Assembly (NCBI GenBank): GCA_028534125.1 | Contig: CM052831.1 | Coordinates: 26,970,001 to 27,034,000, forward strand | Source of the DNA: Lama glama | Lineage: Eukaryota | DNA: 64,000 nucleotides | Direction of reading: 5' to 3' | Shown: one piece after another, positions 59,301 to 64,000 of the stretch | How positions within the stretch are numbered: the stretch's first letter is position 1 | Layout: the number at the start of each line of letters is the position of its first letter | Program-made: the position numbers and the translations under genes | Notes under the pieces: model-generated | Databases searched by the model: none | Seen by the model: only the letters and a program-made list of their open reading frames with translations | Told to the model about the DNA's origin: nothing

Positions 59301-62300
59301 AGCACACTTTGAGACCTTTTCCTGTGTACGCTGTACAGAGCGCTTCAGGCACATTATCCTTTTGAAGCCCCTCAACCATCCAGTGAGGAAGGTCATCCCA
59401 TTTCACATTTGAGAAGTAAGGCTCCAACAGACTGGTCACTTTCCCAAGGCCACACAGGGAGGACAGGATAGAGAAGGTATGGTCCCCAGAGTCTTCCCAG
59501 TTAACCTTGGCCCTCATCTGCACTGAGGTGATGGAGGGCTTATTTCGAGGGTCCAGGTGCAGAACTGTGGGAGGTATCAAGCTGTCCTGAGCTCCAGGAG
59601 GGTCACTGTGCACATGTGTTTAAGATTTCTAAACTCTGCCTTATGCTCAGAACACCGCAGGTAATTCCCTATTTACTGTTTCTGTAAATCCTCCTGGCCA
59701 CCGTTTGAAAGAGGTTCTTGTCAGTCTACTTGATGGATGTGGAACTGAGGGACAGCAAGGGGTGGGGAGGTCACCGGGAAGGAGCAGCTGGCTGGGTCTC
59801 TTTCAACTGTGAGGTCCCAGAAGTGTCAGGAAGGACTTTGCTGGGGAAGGGGCCCTGGGGCTGAGCCAGTTTCCTGCCTTGGCAGCCCTTGTCTGCCCAG
59901 GCCTCCCAACCACACTGCTGCAGGTGGCTCCCAGGAAGTGAGAGAAGTCTTCACGCAGCCCTGCCTCAGCCCCTCAGCCTTTCCTCATTTCAGTGGGGGT
60001 GGGCCAGCCTGGAGGTTTTCACCAGCCTGGCCCTGAAGCCAGTCCCCCACCAGGCTGGGGCAAGTAGGAAAAGGCGACAGGGCCAAATCAGCCAGCCTTG
60101 AAGCAGGGATACTAAGTAAGGCCTCAGGCTTTGGGCTCCCCACTCGCCAGAGGGCCGAGGGCTCAGTGAGGTTAGGCCCATGACATAGCGGGTAGCTGGT
60201 ATCACCATGAATTAAACTGATGAGCCTGGGTGACCCACCAGCGTCTACACAGCAGCTTCACACACCTTCTGTAGGGGCTGGGGGGAATGGTAATGTGTTA
60301 AGGCCAGTGATCAGGAGTTATCATAGTCCCAATAAAAGATGGGGATGCCAAGGCTGAGGGGGGTTGGGTGACTTGCCCTTGGTCACACAGCAAGGAAGCT
60401 GCAGGCCTGGGATGCAGCCCGAGGTCAGCCTGACTCCACATCTTTCTGGGCTCCCAGCAGTGGCCAAAGGGGCACCCTGTCCCCTGGAGCCCTGCCCGCC
60501 CAGCTGGCGGGGGAGGGCAGGGGATAGCGGATCATCTCCGGGGCTGGGCAGCCTCTTTGAAAAGCCTGGGACTCAGAGGGAATGGCTCTGGAGGAGGTCT
60601 CAGTGGAAGTCACCATGGGACCCCGAGAGACAGCCAAAGCGTCTCTTCCCCAGTCTGGGCCTGGGAACCGACACAGACCTTGTGTGTGTGGAAGGAGATA
60701 CAGAGGGCGTGAGGGAGGGGCAAGGGACTTTAACCCTGTGCTGCGAGGGACGCCCACATGCCCCCACTCAGTGATGGGAAGTGGAAATCAGGGACCATTT
60801 TCTCCTCTCTCCTCTCCCACATCAGTCACCAGTCCTACCCCAGCCTGTCTCTCCTCAACACCAGCACCGTCTCATCTCCTCTGAATTAGGTGGGAGCCTC
60901 CGGATGGGTCTCCCTGCTTTCCTGCCCTCTCCAAGCCGCTCCCCACCCTGAGATAGCTGGAGGGATTATTCTAAAATCTAGTCCTGATCATGGGGTCTCC
61001 TGCTGAAATCCTGTCACCAGTGCCCTATCCCAGCCAGCCAGGGCAAACATCTTGGGTTGACCAGACTTTCTTGTGCACGATTCCATGATGCGCTGGGGGA
61101 GAAGTTGTCCCCCAGAGCCCATAGACACGGGTGATTCAGGCTCTGGTGCTTTCTCATCAAAACAGCTGTCCCATTTTTTCACCCTTAAAAAAAAGCTCCT
61201 TCAAATATTTAAAGGCAAAAACACCACAGATGAGAGGCATGCAGACCACAGATTAAAGGACTGGGCCTCCACTAACATTTTGGCACCTTGAGGAACAGTC
61301 TTTGCCTGGCCATCCCCCTTCCCAGTTTCTTTACCCAGCCTGGGCAAATGACTGCTTTGTAATTCTTTGCAGTTATCTTCTACAAGGTTTCCTCAGCTTT
61401 CCCTGTAGAACCAGGTCCCTTCCAACCTTTCCAGGGAGGGTATCCCTTCCCCAACCCCATTACCCAAAGGGGCGAGATGTGGGGTTGCCATCATCCCTAC
61501 CCACGCCTCCCTTACTTGCCAATTTTCCTCTTTGAAATTTAGGATCAATTGGTCACACCTTCTTCATCTAGTTGCCCAGGAAAACACACCCTCTTTCCTT
61601 TACATATTCAGCCCCTAACCCTATCTCCTATTTTTCACCATCACTTTGAGAAGCTAAAGCCGCCAAGTATAGCTGTGCATGTTGTTCACTGCACAAGGGC
61701 ATCTGGCTGATGGATGAGTGGGGCTAAAGTTTACTTCATATTCAGCTTGTCACTATGTGGTTTCTGGTGAGAGGTTGACCCCACCTGAGGAAGAGCTGCC
61801 TTTCTTTCATCTGTACCAAGGCTCAGTGTGGACCCCATTGAGGCCTTCAGCCTCAGGGTTAGCCAGATGGTGGGCTGGAGTCCAGGTTCTCAAGTGAAGG
61901 AGCTTCCTTTACAATTCCAGCAGGGACAGAAGGAAGAGCCGTCAGGAGGAATGCAATTAGCATCACGTCAGAGTGAAAAGCAATTAGCAGGTGCTTCCAG
62001 GGATTGGAGGAAAGGCCGGTTGCCAGGCTCTGCTGATGGGAGCACTGTGAGAGCTGCCGGAGGAGCTCATCCGCTCCCTGCCCAGGTGCTGGGTCCCCCT
62101 GGAAGAGGGCTGGGCTAGGTGGGCGCCGGCCTGGAAGATGGCACACCTAGGGCTGCTCCCTCAGGGAGGGCATCCAGATCTCTCCATAGCTGAGGCCACA
62201 GCATCCAGCACCAGGGAGCAAAACTGGCCTGCCCGAAAGAGACCATTTGGTCCACCTTCTACCCCAACTTTACAAATAGGGAAACAAGTCCAGAGAGGGA

Positions 62301-63389
62301 AAGGCAACCTGGAGGGAGAGACTGGTCATCCTCTGGCTCCTTAGGTCCTGCTCCTCATCACCCCTTCCCACCGCAGCCCAGCTCTTCCCTGCCTCCGTCC
62401 TCCCCCAGCTCATCAAACTAGACCTAGGTGGGGTGCGATTCCTCCCTCCCCCTCAGGCATCCCCCAGCGTCCCACATCCCTCCCCTGCCCTGCTCCCCAC
62501 CTGAGTCCAGACCTCATGTCTCATCTGCCTTGTGCTTAGGTCTTCTCATGGGACTCCTGGAATTCTTTCTTCTCACAGAAACCAGTTATCAATTAAAAAC
62601 CTGAACTGAGCAGGAGCCTCTCAGCAAACTTAGGAAGAGCCCAAGTCCTCATCAGTCCTCAACACCTGCGTGGTCTGGGCCCTGCCCACCTCCCTCTTTC
62701 CTTTCTCCCTGCCTTCTCTTTCCCAGCACTGCTTACCGGTTCCAATTTGTGCATTTGTTTTCTTGCTAAATGTCTCTCCAACCAGAACATTAGCTACCTG
62801 CAGGCAGACAGCATTTTATCCCTGTGACCCACACTGTCCAGCCCAGCGTTGGTCACACTAGTAGGTGTTTAATGAACATTCACTGAATGATAGAATGGCT
62901 GACTCTGTACCATACCCCACTTTAATTACTCACTAGCAAGACAGCCCACTTCCTGAAGTGGCTCCCCCTTTTCTTTTCTGTCTCATAGGTGAACATTACC
63001 TAAGCAGAACCTGACAAGGTGTGTAAGCAAGGCCAGCCTCCCAGAGTTTGCTTCCAGGCAATGAAAGACTGAATTGTGACCCGCCCAAAACGATGGGAGC
63101 AGAGGAGCCATGATTTATTCAAGTGTCTGTCAGTCAATCAGTTATCAATTGCTGAGCAAATATTCAGGGAGCCCTTCCCATGTGCTTATCTTTCTGTGAA
63201 GAGCTGATCAAACCCCATGAGTCCTTCAGAGACCTAGTGATAGTGCATCTTCTTCCAGAAAAACCCCCCAATTGCTCTAGCTCCCTTTAGCACCTCATTT
63301 GTCTTCTTACTTCCTTAAGAGGTGAGCCCCTACTCCAGCTGGCCTGACTCCTGCCACCCAGCTCCCAGCCTTCAACCCAGGGCCCTTAC

Positions 63390-63497
63390 CTTGAATGGAG
63401 GAGAAGAGCTTGAAGATGAGGGGGCAGGCCAAGACGACCACCTGACCCCGAGGGGTGGCTGGCCAGCAGGTGAGGTTGTCCCACATCTTGCTGCAGC
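63390..63497 (-). CDS. VIPR1: VIPR1 exon 3 (ECD); exons 1-2 lie beyond the right edge
   Basis: GCSKMWDNLTCWPATPRGQVVVLACPLIFKLFSSIQG, 108 nt, donor G|GTAAGG. Confidence 0.97.
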
Positions 63498-64000
63498 CTA
63501 TGGGGTGAAGGCAGAGGACACATGGGTCAGTGTGGCCACCAGGTGCTCCAGCCTGGGGTCTGAGCCCACGAGGACCCACTCTCTTCCTCCTCCTCCAGGC
63601 TCCCACCTTGGGGAGCCCCCAGTTTGAGAGGGGAGGCACAGCCGTGCCCAGGTTGTACAGGGCTGTACCGGGATGGCGGAAAAGGAGGCATAACTATAGC
63701 CCCATGGTGAGGGTCAGAGTGCCCCTTGGGGGTGTTTTGTACTGTGATGGGGTTTTTGTTTGTTGCAGAACTTGGGGGAACCTCCCCCTGCATTCGATGG
63801 GCAGGCAGCAGGGATGCCAGGCAGGCTCCCTGCATGGTCTTGTACAAAGATGAATTGTGTAGTGTTCGGGATTTTCAAATGAGCCACTGTGTATTTGCAT
63901 AGGTGAAAACCCTTTGTAATAACCAGAGCCTAGACTCTTACTCCATTTTACATATAAACACAAGGAACTTACTGTACGGATTTAACAACATGGGTTTTCC

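Noticed and set aside
58778-59613. 195-aa and 265-aa ORFs; regular repeats superficially like an array
   Set aside because: Low-complexity triplet repeat with no unique spacers; neither coding nor CRISPR.
62989-63022. Possible + strand micro-exon (ttttcttttctgtctcatag|...)
   Set aside because: Good acceptor but ambiguous, weak donor; insufficient without RNA data.

Overview
Mammalian genomic DNA, most likely a camelid: it has three Vic-1-type tRNA-derived SINEs and I saw no Alu, Bov-A/BovB, PRE-1 or Can-SINE. The window matches the conserved NKTR-SS18L2-SEC22C-VIPR1 cluster (human 3p22.1). It holds the 5' end of NKTR (- strand), the complete SS18L2 (-, 3 coding exons, 77 aa), the complete SEC22C (+, 6 coding exons, 303 aa, long 3'UTR) and VIPR1 exons 3-13 (-). 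I traced every coding exon by hand; all use GT-AG and join in frame. The first 12 kb has three CpG-island promoters. The rest is mostly old repeats (L1, L2, MIR, MaLR/ERV LTRs, hAT MITEs), plus two N gaps. Nearly all other ORFs in the track are spurious. I found no firm evidence for a new protein-coding system. The best leads are: (1) interleaved sense/antisense transcription from the three islands; (2) a possible two-state hairpin at the SEC22C 5' end; (3) a uORF overlapping the SEC22C start; (4) a TSD-flanked, polyadenylated orphan insertion; (5) a tRNA-Tyr 5'-exon copy ending at the intron junction; (6) a candidate spliced VIPR1 antisense RNA; (7) a triple-NAG acceptor in VIPR1; (8) no acceptor for the human short SEC22C isoform; (9) two CTCF motifs between SEC22C and VIPR1. 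Repeat names, repeat boundaries and cross-species comparisons are from recall and need database confirmation.
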